This document shows positions 1 through 8,119 of a stretch of 20,000 bases of DNA, piece after piece. Within the stretch, counting starts at the first letter, position 1, and each line of letters starts with the position of its first letter. A model generated the notes under the pieces. It worked only from the letters and a program-made list of their open reading frames with translations. It did no database searches and was not told the origin of the DNA. The translations under genes were made by a program, and so were the position numbers. The stretch is taken from the IMG/VR virus record IMGVR_UViG_3300044949_002487, one strand, 5' to 3'. The stretch is from an uncultured virus (IMG/VR IMGVR_UViG_3300044949_002487) (taxonomy: Duplodnaviria > Heunggongvirae > Uroviricota > Caudoviricetes).

Positions 1-1
1 T

Positions 2-616
2 TTTGAACCGGCGTGGGAAGGGTTTCTGGTGCCTGGCCCCCTCACTGAGCTGATCGCACTGCTGGACGAAAACGGCGGCGCTCTTTCTTTTCCGGCGCGC
101 GAGCGAACGCTTGAGCCAGGCCGCGTTCAGAGTTTAGTGAAAAGCTATGTGCGCTCAGTCAACCTGGGAAATCTTCCCCGTGTGCGCGCCTTGCCACCCA
201 GCGACTGCCAGACGTCCAGCGATAGCCTGGCAAGCGCCGACATTGTAGTAAACGCCGTCTGCATGCAGGGCGATCTTCGCATTAAAGAAGGCTACAATTG
301 CCGAATTAAACAAACCGATCGGCTCAACGACATCCGCATCGGCGCCGAGCAGGGCGCCGGAGATGCAGCGCGGTCTGAGCTGTGCGATCACGGCAGCGAG
401 TTGCCGCTGTATGACGGGGAGCCGTTTGACGAAGAAACTGGTTTCTACAGCGGCGGGCCTGCGTGCGACCAAACGATTTCTACAATCAACGGAATTGGCG
501 GAACTAACGTCAACATCGTAGGCGGCACTGGCGTCACTGTGACCGCAAACTCGGCGACAAATACCGTGACCGTGGCCTTGGCGCAAAACAACCTGGTTGG
601 AAATTGCGGGACGTAA
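2..616 (+). CDS. Hypothetical protein, 5'-truncated by the window edge; probable virion/tail-associated protein
   Basis: The frame is open from base 2 ([13 protein letters not shown]...) to TAA at 614-616. The C-terminus is Gly/Thr/Val/Asn-rich ([20 protein letters not shown]), as in phage fibre/spike beta-strands. The next gene starts 1 nt after the stop. Confidence 0.65.
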   Translation, partial: FEPAWEGFLVPGPLTELIALLDENGGALSFPARERTLEPGRVQSLVKSYVRSVNLGNLPRVRALPPSDCQTSSDSLASADIVVNAVCMQGDLRIKEGYNCRIKQTDRLNDIRIGAEQGAGDAARSELCDHGSELPLYDGEPFDEETGFYSGGPACDQTISTINGIGGTNVNIVGGTGVTVTANSATNTVTVALAQNNLVGNCGT

Positions 617-617
617 T

Positions 618-3317
618 ATGACTGCGCCACTTTTCGATCCGAACAAGTGCAACGTCGACTCGATTCCGAGTCTTGACTTTGACTTTGTTTCGGAGTGCTC
701 GATCAAAGAACCGCCGCCGCCGATCTTCGATTGTCAGCCGCCACTCGTTCCCCGAGAGCCCCCTCCGCCGCCGTGCCCACAGTTCGAGACGCGCGTTGTT
801 GTGAACGTGCAGCAGCAAAACAATTGTTCAATTCAATCTCAATCTAGCGAACCCAGCGTAGCAACAGTCACGCAAGTCGATGCTGATCCGTGCCGTTTTT
901 TCATCGACTTGGACATCAATGTTCCGATCCCGCCCGTGCCGTGTCCCGACATTACGGGCGGCTCAATCAAAATTACCACCGGCTACGAGGACTGCGTTGA
1001 CGGCCCGACCGGCGCGATTACGGTCACCAAACTCGAAACCTCTTGCGGCGAAAACGGAAGCAACGAACAGGCAAACTGTCGTTTCGCCATCGACCTTGAT
1101 CTGACCATTCCGATTCCCCGCCCACCGTGCCCGGTCATCGAAGGCGGCGAGGTCACGATCACGACTGGTTATGAAGATTGCGTTGGCGAGCCAACTGGCG
1201 CAATCACTGTTACTCCAGTTGAGAATCCGCCGGATTGCGCGAGTGATAATGCTACTCAGTGTGAATTTAAGATTGACCTAGACCTGACCATTCCAGTCCC
1301 GCGACCGCCGTGCCCCGTCATTGCAAGCGGTCCGGTAACAATAACCACCGGTTACGAAGAGTGCGTCGGTAGTCCGACCGGCGAAATAACAATCACAAAG
1401 GTCGATCCGCCGCCAGACTGTGACGGCGGCGAGCCTGCGCCCTGCGAGTTTGAGATCGCGCTAGATATTGTTGTTCCGACGCCGAAACCGGTCTGTCCAA
1501 CCATCACGGCAACAGGCGCTATTTCAATTGTTCAGGGCGCCCCGACCATCAGTGTTGGTGTCAACGACAACAGCACAGAAGGCGACTGCAGCAACCCGCC
1601 CAATTGCGAATTTGATATCAACATTGATATCGGGGTGCCGGTACCGTGCCCCGAAATCTCTGGTGACATATCGGTTTATGGTGCGCCGCAGCCAACCGGG
1701 GCGATGACTATTACTCCGACCAGCGGTCCTAGCGGCGAGTGCATCTTCGATATCCAGATCGATATTGGTGTACCAACAGCGCTATGCCCTGAAATCTCTG
1801 GTGACATATCGGTTTATGGTGCGCCGCAGCCAACCGGCGCACTGACGATCACACCAACAACCGGACCTAGCGGCGAGTGCATCTTTGATATTCAGATTGA
1901 TATCGGGGTGCCGGTTCCAACCTGTCCAGAAATTTCCGGTGACATATCGGTTTATGGTGCGCCGCAGCCAACCGGTGCGCTAACCATTACGCCGACGACT
2001 GGGCCTAGCGGCGAGTGCATCTTCGACATCCAAATTGATATCGGGGTGCCGACAGCGCTATGCCCCGAAATCTCTGGTGATATCTCGGTCTATGGCGCAC
2101 CACAGCCAACCGGCGCACTGACGATCACACCAACAACCGGACCGAGCGGCGAGTGCATTTTTGATATTCAGATCGATATCGGGGTGCCTACGGCTCTGTG
2201 CCCCGAAATCTCTGGTGATATCTCGGTCTATGGCGCACCACAGCCAACCGGTGCGCTAACCATTACGCCGACGACTGGACCGAGCGGCGAGTGCATTTTT
2301 GATATTCAGATCGATATCGGGGTGCCGACAGCAATTTGTCCAGAGATTTCTGGCGATATTCAGGTTTATTACGCGCCGGGCCCTACCGGCGCACTGACGA
2401 TCACGCCGACAACTGGACCGAGCGGCGAGTGCATTTTTGATATTCAGATTGAAGTGGGAGTACCATCAGGACCGACTGGCCCGTCAGGTCCAACTGGTCC
2501 GTCAGGTCCGACTGGACCAACAGGGCCCACTGGTCCGACTGGACCAACAGGGCCCACTGGTCCGACTGGACCAACAGGACCGACTGGACCAACAGGACCG
2601 ACTGGTCCAACTGGCCCAACAGGCCCCACTGGCCCGACAGGCCCAACCGGACCTACTGGACCAACAGGACCTACCGGCCCGAGCGGACCTACAGGGCCCA
2701 CTGGTCCAACTGGACCAACAGGACCGACTGGGCCGACGGGTCCTACTGGCCCGACAGGCCCAACCGGACCAACCGGACCTACAGGACCAAGCGGACCTAC
2801 AGGACCAACAGGCCCTACTGGCCCGACAGGCCCAACCGGACCTACAGGGCCAACCGGACCTACAGGGCCCACTGGTCCTACTGGACCAAGCGGACCTACA
2901 GGGCCGAGCGGACCTACCGGCCCTAGCGGACCGTATGGACCTAGCGGCCCCGTCGGACCGACCGGCCCCACTGGACCATATGGACCTACAGGCCCCACTG
3001 GACCATATGGACCTACAGGCCCTAGCGGACCGTATGGACCTAGCGGCCCCAGCGGACCAGCGGGCCCCACTGGACCTGCAGGACCCACTGGACCATATGG
3101 ACCGTCTGGACCAGCAGGCCCTAGCGGACCGTATGGACCTAGCGGCCCCAGCGGCCCAGCGGGACCCACTGGCCCTGCAGGCCCCACTGGACCGGAAGGC
3201 CCATCTGGACCGCCGGGCCCACCACCGCCTACAACAACAGCAACCGTAGTCACCAGCGTGTCGTGCGTTAATGGCGCTATTGAAGTTACATACGCAACAA
3301 TTACAGTGCTTGCTTAA
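618..3317 (+). CDS. Collagen-like fibre protein (899 aa) with N-terminal Cys-paired repeats and a Gly-Pro-X triple-helix domain
   Basis: ATG at 618 follows the upstream stop directly and is preferred over the track start at 597. The protein has 11 repeats of the C-P-x-I...C-x-F-x-I-x-I/L-D type, then 84 consecutive Gly-Pro-X triplets, then a short C-terminal [14 protein letters not shown] cap. Confidence 0.9.
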   Translation: MTAPLFDPNKCNVDSIPSLDFDFVSECSIKEPPPPIFDCQPPLVPREPPPPPCPQFETRVVVNVQQQNNCSIQSQSSEPSVATVTQVDADPCRFFIDLDINVPIPPVPCPDITGGSIKITTGYEDCVDGPTGAITVTKLETSCGENGSNEQANCRFAIDLDLTIPIPRPPCPVIEGGEVTITTGYEDCVGEPTGAITVTPVENPPDCASDNATQCEFKIDLDLTIPVPRPPCPVIASGPVTITTGYEECVGSPTGEITITKVDPPPDCDGGEPAPCEFEIALDIVVPTPKPVCPTITATGAISIVQGAPTISVGVNDNSTEGDCSNPPNCEFDINIDIGVPVPCPEISGDISVYGAPQPTGAMTITPTSGPSGECIFDIQIDIGVPTALCPEISGDISVYGAPQPTGALTITPTTGPSGECIFDIQIDIGVPVPTCPEISGDISVYGAPQPTGALTITPTTGPSGECIFDIQIDIGVPTALCPEISGDISVYGAPQPTGALTITPTTGPSGECIFDIQIDIGVPTALCPEISGDISVYGAPQPTGALTITPTTGPSGECIFDIQIDIGVPTAICPEISGDIQVYYAPGPTGALTITPTTGPSGECIFDIQIEVGVPSGPTGPSGPTGPSGPTGPTGPTGPTGPTGPTGPTGPTGPTGPTGPTGPTGPTGPTGPTGPTGPTGPTGPTGPSGPTGPTGPTGPTGPTGPTGPTGPTGPTGPTGPTGPSGPTGPTGPTGPTGPTGPTGPTGPTGPTGPTGPSGPTGPSGPTGPSGPYGPSGPVGPTGPTGPYGPTGPTGPYGPTGPSGPYGPSGPSGPAGPTGPAGPTGPYGPSGPAGPSGPYGPSGPSGPAGPTGPAGPTGPEGPSGPPGPPPPTTTATVVTSVSCVNGAIEVTYATITVLA
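1647..2468 (+). repeat. Six tandem 138-bp (46-aa) coding repeats, consensus [46 protein letters not shown]
   Basis: Cys codons begin the units at 1647, 1785, 1923, 2061, 2199 and 2337, an exact 138-nt period. Differences between units are mostly synonymous. Confidence 0.95.
2469..3224 (+). repeat. 9-bp-period collagen repeat, (GGN CCN NNN)x84
   Basis: 756 nt encode uninterrupted [21 protein letters not shown] triplets. Confidence 0.97.
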
Positions 3318-3722
3318 ATGAGCTGGACAGTCAATATAGGACCCTGCGCTTGCTGCGGCGGCGTTTGTCAAAACAACGGCGACTGCGGATGCGTTGAGCC
3401 TGGTTACACCTATTACCCCGCACTTGACGCCCTCATGCCCGGTCAAGGCTGCTGCCCACCGGGGACCATTTATTATCCCGGTCTTGGTTGTTCTTCGGAC
3501 GGCACGGCGGGTGGCGTAGCAGCCTCTGGCGAGAGCGAGCGATGCTGCGGCGGCGAGTGCGTGCCAGTTGTTCAATACCCAGCTGGTAACTGCCTGGACG
3601 GCGGGCGCGAGTGCCCTGCGGGATGTTGCCCCGAGCCGACCTATGTCTGCTGCCCCGACGGCGTCAACTGCGCAGCGTGCCCAGAAGACTGTCCGGGATT
3701 TGAGGAAAACCCCCTGCCATGA
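3318..3722 (+). CDS. Cysteine-rich protein (21 Cys in 134 aa)
   Basis: The ATG abuts the fibre gene stop (TAAATG) and the stop overlaps the next gene as ATGA. It has several CC doublets. Confidence 0.8.
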   Translation: MSWTVNIGPCACCGGVCQNNGDCGCVEPGYTYYPALDALMPGQGCCPPGTIYYPGLGCSSDGTAGGVAASGESERCCGGECVPVVQYPAGNCLDGGRECPAGCCPEPTYVCCPDGVNCAACPEDCPGFEENPLP

Positions 3723-4180
3723 TTACTTGCACCATCTCTAACCTGTTGGCTCGCTGCAAAGAACGTGGCTACACGCTTGACGAGGTTCGGCCGTGCATAG
3801 TTAGCGAGGATGGCGACATAATCACGGTCGATGAAACGCACACGGCATACCCGCGGCGCAAAATCCAGGTCAAAGATAAAGGCACTGGTACAGAACTCAA
3901 AAAACTTCTTTCAAAAATCGGCATCAAGGCATCGCCCACTTGCTCTTGTAACACGCGCGCCAAGATCATGGACGAGAACGGGATTGATTGGTGCGCGCAG
4001 AACATTGAAACAATTGTCGGCTGGTTGCAAGAGGAAGCTGAGAAACGACAGTTGCCGTTTATCGCAATCGGCGCTAAGTTGCTCGTAAAGCGCGCTATCG
4101 CCGCTGCGCGCAAAGCGGAGAAAAAAGCGCTGCATGACACAACGCCGTCTCCTTCTAATACACAAGCGCGCTCCGGGTGA
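3719..4180 (+). CDS. Hypothetical phage protein with a CxC motif (GTELKKLL...TCSC...DWC)
   Basis: ATGA coupling to the upstream gene and a protein-like composition. It overlaps the glycosyltransferase start by 47 nt. Confidence 0.75.
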   Translation: MITCTISNLLARCKERGYTLDEVRPCIVSEDGDIITVDETHTAYPRRKIQVKDKGTGTELKKLLSKIGIKASPTCSCNTRAKIMDENGIDWCAQNIETIVGWLQEEAEKRQLPFIAIGAKLLVKRAIAAARKAEKKALHDTTPSPSNTQARSG

Positions 4181-6047
4181 CACGGTCGTCTTGACGGCGC
4201 TGATTCGCGACATCGCCCTGACCCGGCCGGGCGAGTTCGCGATCGCCGTCGACACACACGCCGCGGCTCTCTGGGAGAACAACCCGTACATCGTCAGTGC
4301 GCGAGAGCTGCGCGGCCAGAAGGGGGTCGAGCATATCAAGCTCACCTACGGCAAAGGCCTGCGCGACCAGAACCACGAGACGGTTCACTTCCTGAACTAC
4401 TTCCATCGCGACTTCGAGGTTCAGGCCAGGGTCCGCATTCCGCTGACGCTGCCCTATCCCGATCTCCACCTATCTGAGGCGGAGAAAGCCAGCCCGCTCG
4501 TTCAGGGGCGGTACTGGGTTTTTCTATCAGGCGGCAAGAGCGACTTCACGGCCAAGGTCTGGGACCAGTCGGCCTGGCAGTCGACAATCAACCAGCTCGG
4601 CGCGCTGGGCATCTCCTGCGTGCAGCTCGGCGACGCGGCGCGCGGGCACTGGCACCCCGAGATTAAGGGCGCCTTGAACCTGGTCGGGCGCACCGGGCTG
4701 CGCGACTGGCTGCGGCTGATCTACCACGCCGACGGGGTTATCTGCGGGGTCACCGGTGCTATGCACATCGCGGCCGCGTTACAGCGCCCCTGCGTCGTCT
4801 TGGCGGGCGGCAGGGAGGCCTGGTGGTGGGAGGCCTATGTCAGGGAGAACGCCGGTCTAGGCGGCTTGCAGACGGCCCAGAAGCTGGTTGCGCCCCACCG
4901 GTTCCTACACACGATCGGGCTCCTGGACTGCTGCCAGACCCACGGCTGCTGGAAGAACAAGGTGCTGCCGCTAAACGGCGACCAATCTATCTGTAAATAC
5001 CCCATTGTGAAACCCGGCCAGGCTGTGCCGAAATGCCTGGATATGATCACCCCGGAACACGTCGTAGAGGCCGTTATGAGCTATTACGAGGACCGCACGC
5101 TGCCGCCCATCAAATCCTTGGAGGACGTCGTACGTTACCGACAGGCGCCGTCGGAGCAGCCGGTTTCACAGGGTCCGGCTGTCGCGCCCGCTCTAGTCGA
5201 GACGGCGCAGTTTGAGCGCACAGTGGCGGCGGCGCCTAACACGGCCGTACCCACCGCCGCCACCGACAAAGATATCTATGCAGACCCGGTCATTGGTGGA
5301 AAGTTCACTGTCTGCGTTTTGTTCTATGGCGCGAAGCAGTACCACCAGATGCACATGCGCTGCCTGAACTCAATTATCTCAACCTGCCCGCCCAACCGAA
5401 TTGACCTGCGCGTGGGATCCAACGAACTGTGCCCCGAGACAACAGCCGTGCTGGACCGGCTGGTCGACCACAAAATCATCACAAAGCATTATCGGCACAC
5501 AGAGAACGCCCTTAAGTATCCGGTAATGCGCGAGATGTTTCATGACCCCGACTGCCCGATCACCACAAACTATCTGCTCTGGTTTGACGACGACTCGATC
5601 GCTGACCGCAATCAGCAGTGGCTCACGCTCTTGGCTCAGGCGATTCTGGCCAATCCACAAGCCGGGCTGTTTGGCTCCGATATGACAATTCGGCTGGCGC
5701 CTAGTCAGCAGGCGCTCTACCGCGCGCGGCCCTGGTACAAAGGTCGCCCATTTCGGCTAAAGAACAAAACGCCCGCGCCAAATGGCGATCATACGGCTTT
5801 CGTGGCGGGTGGTTTCTTTTGCATAAAAACAGAAGCGCTGCGCGCGGCCGATATCCCCGACGCCACGCTTACGCACAACGGCGGGGATTACACGATCGGC
5901 GAGCAGCTCTACCAGGCCGGTTACGATATTGTCGGCTGGAACCGGCAAAAGCAGTTTATTCACACCTCGAGTGTTGCGCGCCGCGGCGCGAGCCAGCCGC
6001 ACTTCGGCACGGCGGCCTGGCAGGCGACCACGGGAGGGGCCAGATGA
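4134..6047 (+). CDS. Two-domain glycosyltransferase: N-terminal GT9 (heptosyltransferase-like, GT-B fold) fused to a C-terminal GT2-like (GT-A fold) domain
   Basis: GT9 motifs are RAPGDTVVLTALIRDI and DGVICGVTGAMHIAAALQRPCVVLAGG. An Ala/Pro/Thr-rich linker follows. GT-A features are FTVCVLFYG, YLLWFDDD (DxD), GGFFCIKTEAL and HNGGDYTIGEQL. Confidence 0.85.
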   Translation: MTQRRLLLIHKRAPGDTVVLTALIRDIALTRPGEFAIAVDTHAAALWENNPYIVSARELRGQKGVEHIKLTYGKGLRDQNHETVHFLNYFHRDFEVQARVRIPLTLPYPDLHLSEAEKASPLVQGRYWVFLSGGKSDFTAKVWDQSAWQSTINQLGALGISCVQLGDAARGHWHPEIKGALNLVGRTGLRDWLRLIYHADGVICGVTGAMHIAAALQRPCVVLAGGREAWWWEAYVRENAGLGGLQTAQKLVAPHRFLHTIGLLDCCQTHGCWKNKVLPLNGDQSICKYPIVKPGQAVPKCLDMITPEHVVEAVMSYYEDRTLPPIKSLEDVVRYRQAPSEQPVSQGPAVAPALVETAQFERTVAAAPNTAVPTAATDKDIYADPVIGGKFTVCVLFYGAKQYHQMHMRCLNSIISTCPPNRIDLRVGSNELCPETTAVLDRLVDHKIITKHYRHTENALKYPVMREMFHDPDCPITTNYLLWFDDDSIADRNQQWLTLLAQAILANPQAGLFGSDMTIRLAPSQQALYRARPWYKGRPFRLKNKTPAPNGDHTAFVAGGFFCIKTEALRAADIPDATLTHNGGDYTIGEQLYQAGYDIVGWNRQKQFIHTSSVARRGASQPHFGTAAWQATTGGAR

Positions 6048-6400
6048 GCGTAGTGATTCTGACCCGTGACGACCTGGCCAAGATGCTCTTCAGCAACGAT
6101 TTCTTTCGGCTCAATCCGGCCTTTGCGCCGGTCGAGGCGCAGATCACAGCGTGCAAAGCCGCCTACCTAGAAAGCGCGGCCAAGAGCACATGCCGCTGCG
6201 GGGGCTCAGCTGCGCTGCTGTTTGATTGCCTTGACGCCACGCTCGCCCTGATGGAGACGATGCGCAGCGAAAATCCGGCGGCGCTGCAAACCCTGATCGA
6301 ATACCTGCGCCAGAAGCGAAACGACCCGAGAATCAAGTCAATTACGCTATACTACCGAAAGACGGCAACGATTCCGCTGTTAAAGGTCAAGTTTCCATGA
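6044..6400 (+). CDS. Hypothetical protein (118 aa, CRC motif)
   Basis: ATG at 6044 overlaps the GT stop (ATGA) with GGAGG upstream. It is preferred over the track start at 5819, which lies inside the GT gene. Confidence 0.75.
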   Translation: MSVVILTRDDLAKMLFSNDFFRLNPAFAPVEAQITACKAAYLESAAKSTCRCGGSAALLFDCLDATLALMETMRSENPAALQTLIEYLRQKRNDPRIKSITLYYRKTATIPLLKVKFP

Positions 6401-6696
6401 GCACGCCCGACCCGGCGCAATCCAAGTTGCTGTTCGGCAACGACCACCAGGCGGTAGCCGATGGCGTGGCCGCGGTCGTCGTCAAGGTTCGGTTGCGCGA
6501 CTCGCTGGGCCGCCCGGTGTCCGGCAGGCTCGTGGAACTTATGGCTGACCGCAACGGAGTGGAAATCACGCAGCCAGATCTGACCGACGCCAAGGGACTG
6601 GCGCTGGGATACGTCCGGGCAACGACGCCTGGCGCGGTCAACATCAGCGGCGCTGTGTTGCCTTTGGACGAGGCCGGGTCGTCCGAGCCGCTTTAA
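6397..6696 (+). CDS. Stand-alone bacterial Ig-like domain protein (Big_1, invasin/intimin type)
   Basis: The sequence ADG...VKVRLRDSLGRPVSG..V......TDAKGLA...VRATTPG.VNISG matches the Big_1 consensus pattern. ATGA coupling upstream. Confidence 0.8.
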   Translation: MSTPDPAQSKLLFGNDHQAVADGVAAVVVKVRLRDSLGRPVSGRLVELMADRNGVEITQPDLTDAKGLALGYVRATTPGAVNISGAVLPLDEAGSSEPL

Positions 6697-6699
6697 TTT

Positions 6700-6730
6700 T
6701 ACACGGATGACTGATATTGCCAGGAGGGCA
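6700..6730 (+). promoter_or_regulatory. Two candidate CsrA/RsmA binding sites in the leader of the 6733 gene
   Basis: TACACGGATGA (6700-6710) resembles the CsrA SELEX consensus RUACARGGAUGU. TGCC-AGGAG-GGCA (6718-6730) is a 4-bp stem with the SD/GGA in the loop. Confidence 0.45.
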
Positions 6731-6732
6731 GC

Positions 6733-7275
6733 ATGAGCGACTGTAACGTGTCGTCTTCGTTCGGCGGCATCATCGACCTGAACGAGACGCTGGGCATCAA
6801 CTTCTACGCCCCCGAAACGCCGGAGTCGCCGCCCACAAGTTCCGGCCGTCGCGTGCAGCTCACGTGGTCGGTCAGCCCTTTCAACTACAACAGCACTGAC
6901 GGCGTGCGGGTACGCATCGAGGCGACAGACGCCGAGCTAATGCCCGAGAAAATCTTCGCCTATCTGATGCTCCCGATGCGCCCAGGCGCAGGAGAACGCG
7001 AGGGCGCCTTCAGCCACGTCTGCTCGCCGACTGACCTGGCCGAGTACCCCGAGGACGAGCCGATCGTCGGGCACCGACCAGAGTGGTTTCGGCTGAACTA
7101 CGTCGACGTGCACCTGCGTAGCCGGTCTGAGGCTAAGCGGTTCATCCAGGACGTGACCGACGACGTGAACAGCCTCAAGGCCACGCTCGACACGATGGAC
7201 ACGCTCCTGCCGGGCGGCTCAGTGTGGATCGGTGGCGAACCGGCGCCTGACGTTTCCTCTTCGGAGACCTTGTGA
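6733..7275 (+). CDS. Hypothetical protein (possible virion protein)
   Basis: Strong SD AGGAGG before the ATG, a 180-aa ORF with high-GC3 codon usage, and coupling to the next gene. Confidence 0.8.
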   Translation: MSDCNVSSSFGGIIDLNETLGINFYAPETPESPPTSSGRRVQLTWSVSPFNYNSTDGVRVRIEATDAELMPEKIFAYLMLPMRPGAGEREGAFSHVCSPTDLAEYPEDEPIVGHRPEWFRLNYVDVHLRSRSEAKRFIQDVTDDVNSLKATLDTMDTLLPGGSVWIGGEPAPDVSSSETL

Positions 7276-7577
7276 TGACGCCCCTCGTGACAATCGAAGA
7301 CAGCACAATCCTGACCATGATCGCTGACCCGCGGTTTGCCGATACGATTCCCTGCCTGATGAACAAGGCCGAGTTGTTCAAGAAACAGGCGACTGGCTGC
7401 GGCGCCTGCGCGCGCAAGCGCCAGCAGAAGCAACGCGAGGAGATGGCGCGCATCAAGAGCTGCCTGGGCGCACTCAGCTCTGACAAGAAGATCGAGCTGA
7501 AACAACTGCTCGGCGCGCAGAAGATCCGCATCACGTTCGCGAGGCCCGGCGGCGAGGTCGTTCAGCTGACTTTTTGA
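7275..7577 (+). CDS. Hypothetical basic protein with a CGAC motif; probable paralog of 6044..6400
   Basis: TGATG overlap (ATG 7275; GTG 7272 is an alternative start) with GGAG upstream. Confidence 0.75.
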   Translation: MTPLVTIEDSTILTMIADPRFADTIPCLMNKAELFKKQATGCGACARKRQQKQREEMARIKSCLGALSSDKKIELKQLLGAQKIRITFARPGGEVVQLTF

Positions 7578-7588
7578 CTGCTAAATTT

Positions 7589-7662
7589 TGGCAAAAATCG
7601 TGGCATATAAGGTGTACCACCTATGTTGTTATGTGTGGTACATCACCACGGAGGTTTTGCCA
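7589..7662 (+). promoter_or_regulatory. Long RNA hairpin covering the SD region and the first base of the AUG of the 7662 gene, with TATAAG at a bulge
   Basis: Pairings: TGGCAAAA (7589-7596) with TTTTGCCA (7655-7662), CGTGG (7599-7603) with CCACG (7646-7650), and GGTGTACCAC (7611-7620) with GTGGTACATC (7635-7644, one G-U). Confidence 0.65.
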
Positions 7663-8033
7663 TGGCGACAGCCATCAGCTGGTCGGGTCTGGAAACGATT
7701 GAAGGCATCATCAACGGAATGGTCGTGCCTGAGTGCTTGCCGTTCGCGTCTTTGGACGTGGACACGCAGGCCGCTATCATCGACGAGATCGACGACGCCT
7801 GCTCCGACATTGCAGGCGATGTCACCACGCAGTATCCGGACCTCGACGATCCCGCTCAGCGCAACGACAGGCTGAGGCTGTATCGGGCTGAGGTGCTGAA
7901 CCGCAAGGACCCGAATCAGCGTCCGGCCTTCGGCGAGTACTTCGACGCCATCATGGGCGTCTGCCTCCGCAATGCTGGCGAGGCTCGCAGCTACACGATC
8001 GATAGCTGCGGGTGCGCGTCACCGGCGGCTTGA
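7662..8033 (+). CDS. Hypothetical acidic protein (123 aa)
   Basis: GGAGG at 7650-7654 lies 7 nt before ATG 7662, which is preferred over the track start at 7623. Confidence 0.75.
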   Translation: MATAISWSGLETIEGIINGMVVPECLPFASLDVDTQAAIIDEIDDACSDIAGDVTTQYPDLDDPAQRNDRLRLYRAEVLNRKDPNQRPAFGEYFDAIMGVCLRNAGEARSYTIDSCGCASPAA

Positions 8034-8056
8034 CCCCGGCAGTTCTCTGCTCTTGT

Positions 8057-8119
8057 CGCGGCTGTGTAGCCGGACACCACCAATTCACCCATGGTGCGTG
8101 ATCCGGTTACACAGCCGCG
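8057..8119 (+). other. Long intergenic stem-loop (RNase III-type processing site, terminator-like element or structured RNA)
   Basis: CGCGGCTGTGTAGCCGGA (8057-8074) pairs with TCCGGTTACACAGCCGCG (8102-8119): 18 bp with one G-U, extended by CAC/GTG and CACCA/TGGTG. A pyrimidine tract follows at 8137-8150. Confidence 0.75.

Noticed and set aside
1647..2468. 138-bp repeats as a CRISPR array or as a diversity-generating retroelement TR/VR pair
   Set aside because: The units are contiguous, in-frame and have no spacers. Differences are mainly synonymous third positions rather than adenine-specific, and no cas or reverse transcriptase gene is in the window.
2401..3575. Long alternative-frame and antisense ORFs over the collagen region (2437..3249 +, 2444..3253 - GPV repeat, 2502..3575 -)
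   Set aside because: GGN-CCN codons are self-complementary, so the antisense strand also reads Gly-Pro-X and stop codons are depleted in other frames. These are shadows of the fibre gene.
7574..7611. Canonical sigma70 or sigma54 promoter (TTGACT/TTGGCA with TATAAG; TGGCA...GC)
   Set aside because: Spacing is wrong: 12 or 26 nt for -35/-10, and GG-to-GC is off by one for sigma54. It is kept only as a possible lone -10-like element within the hairpin.
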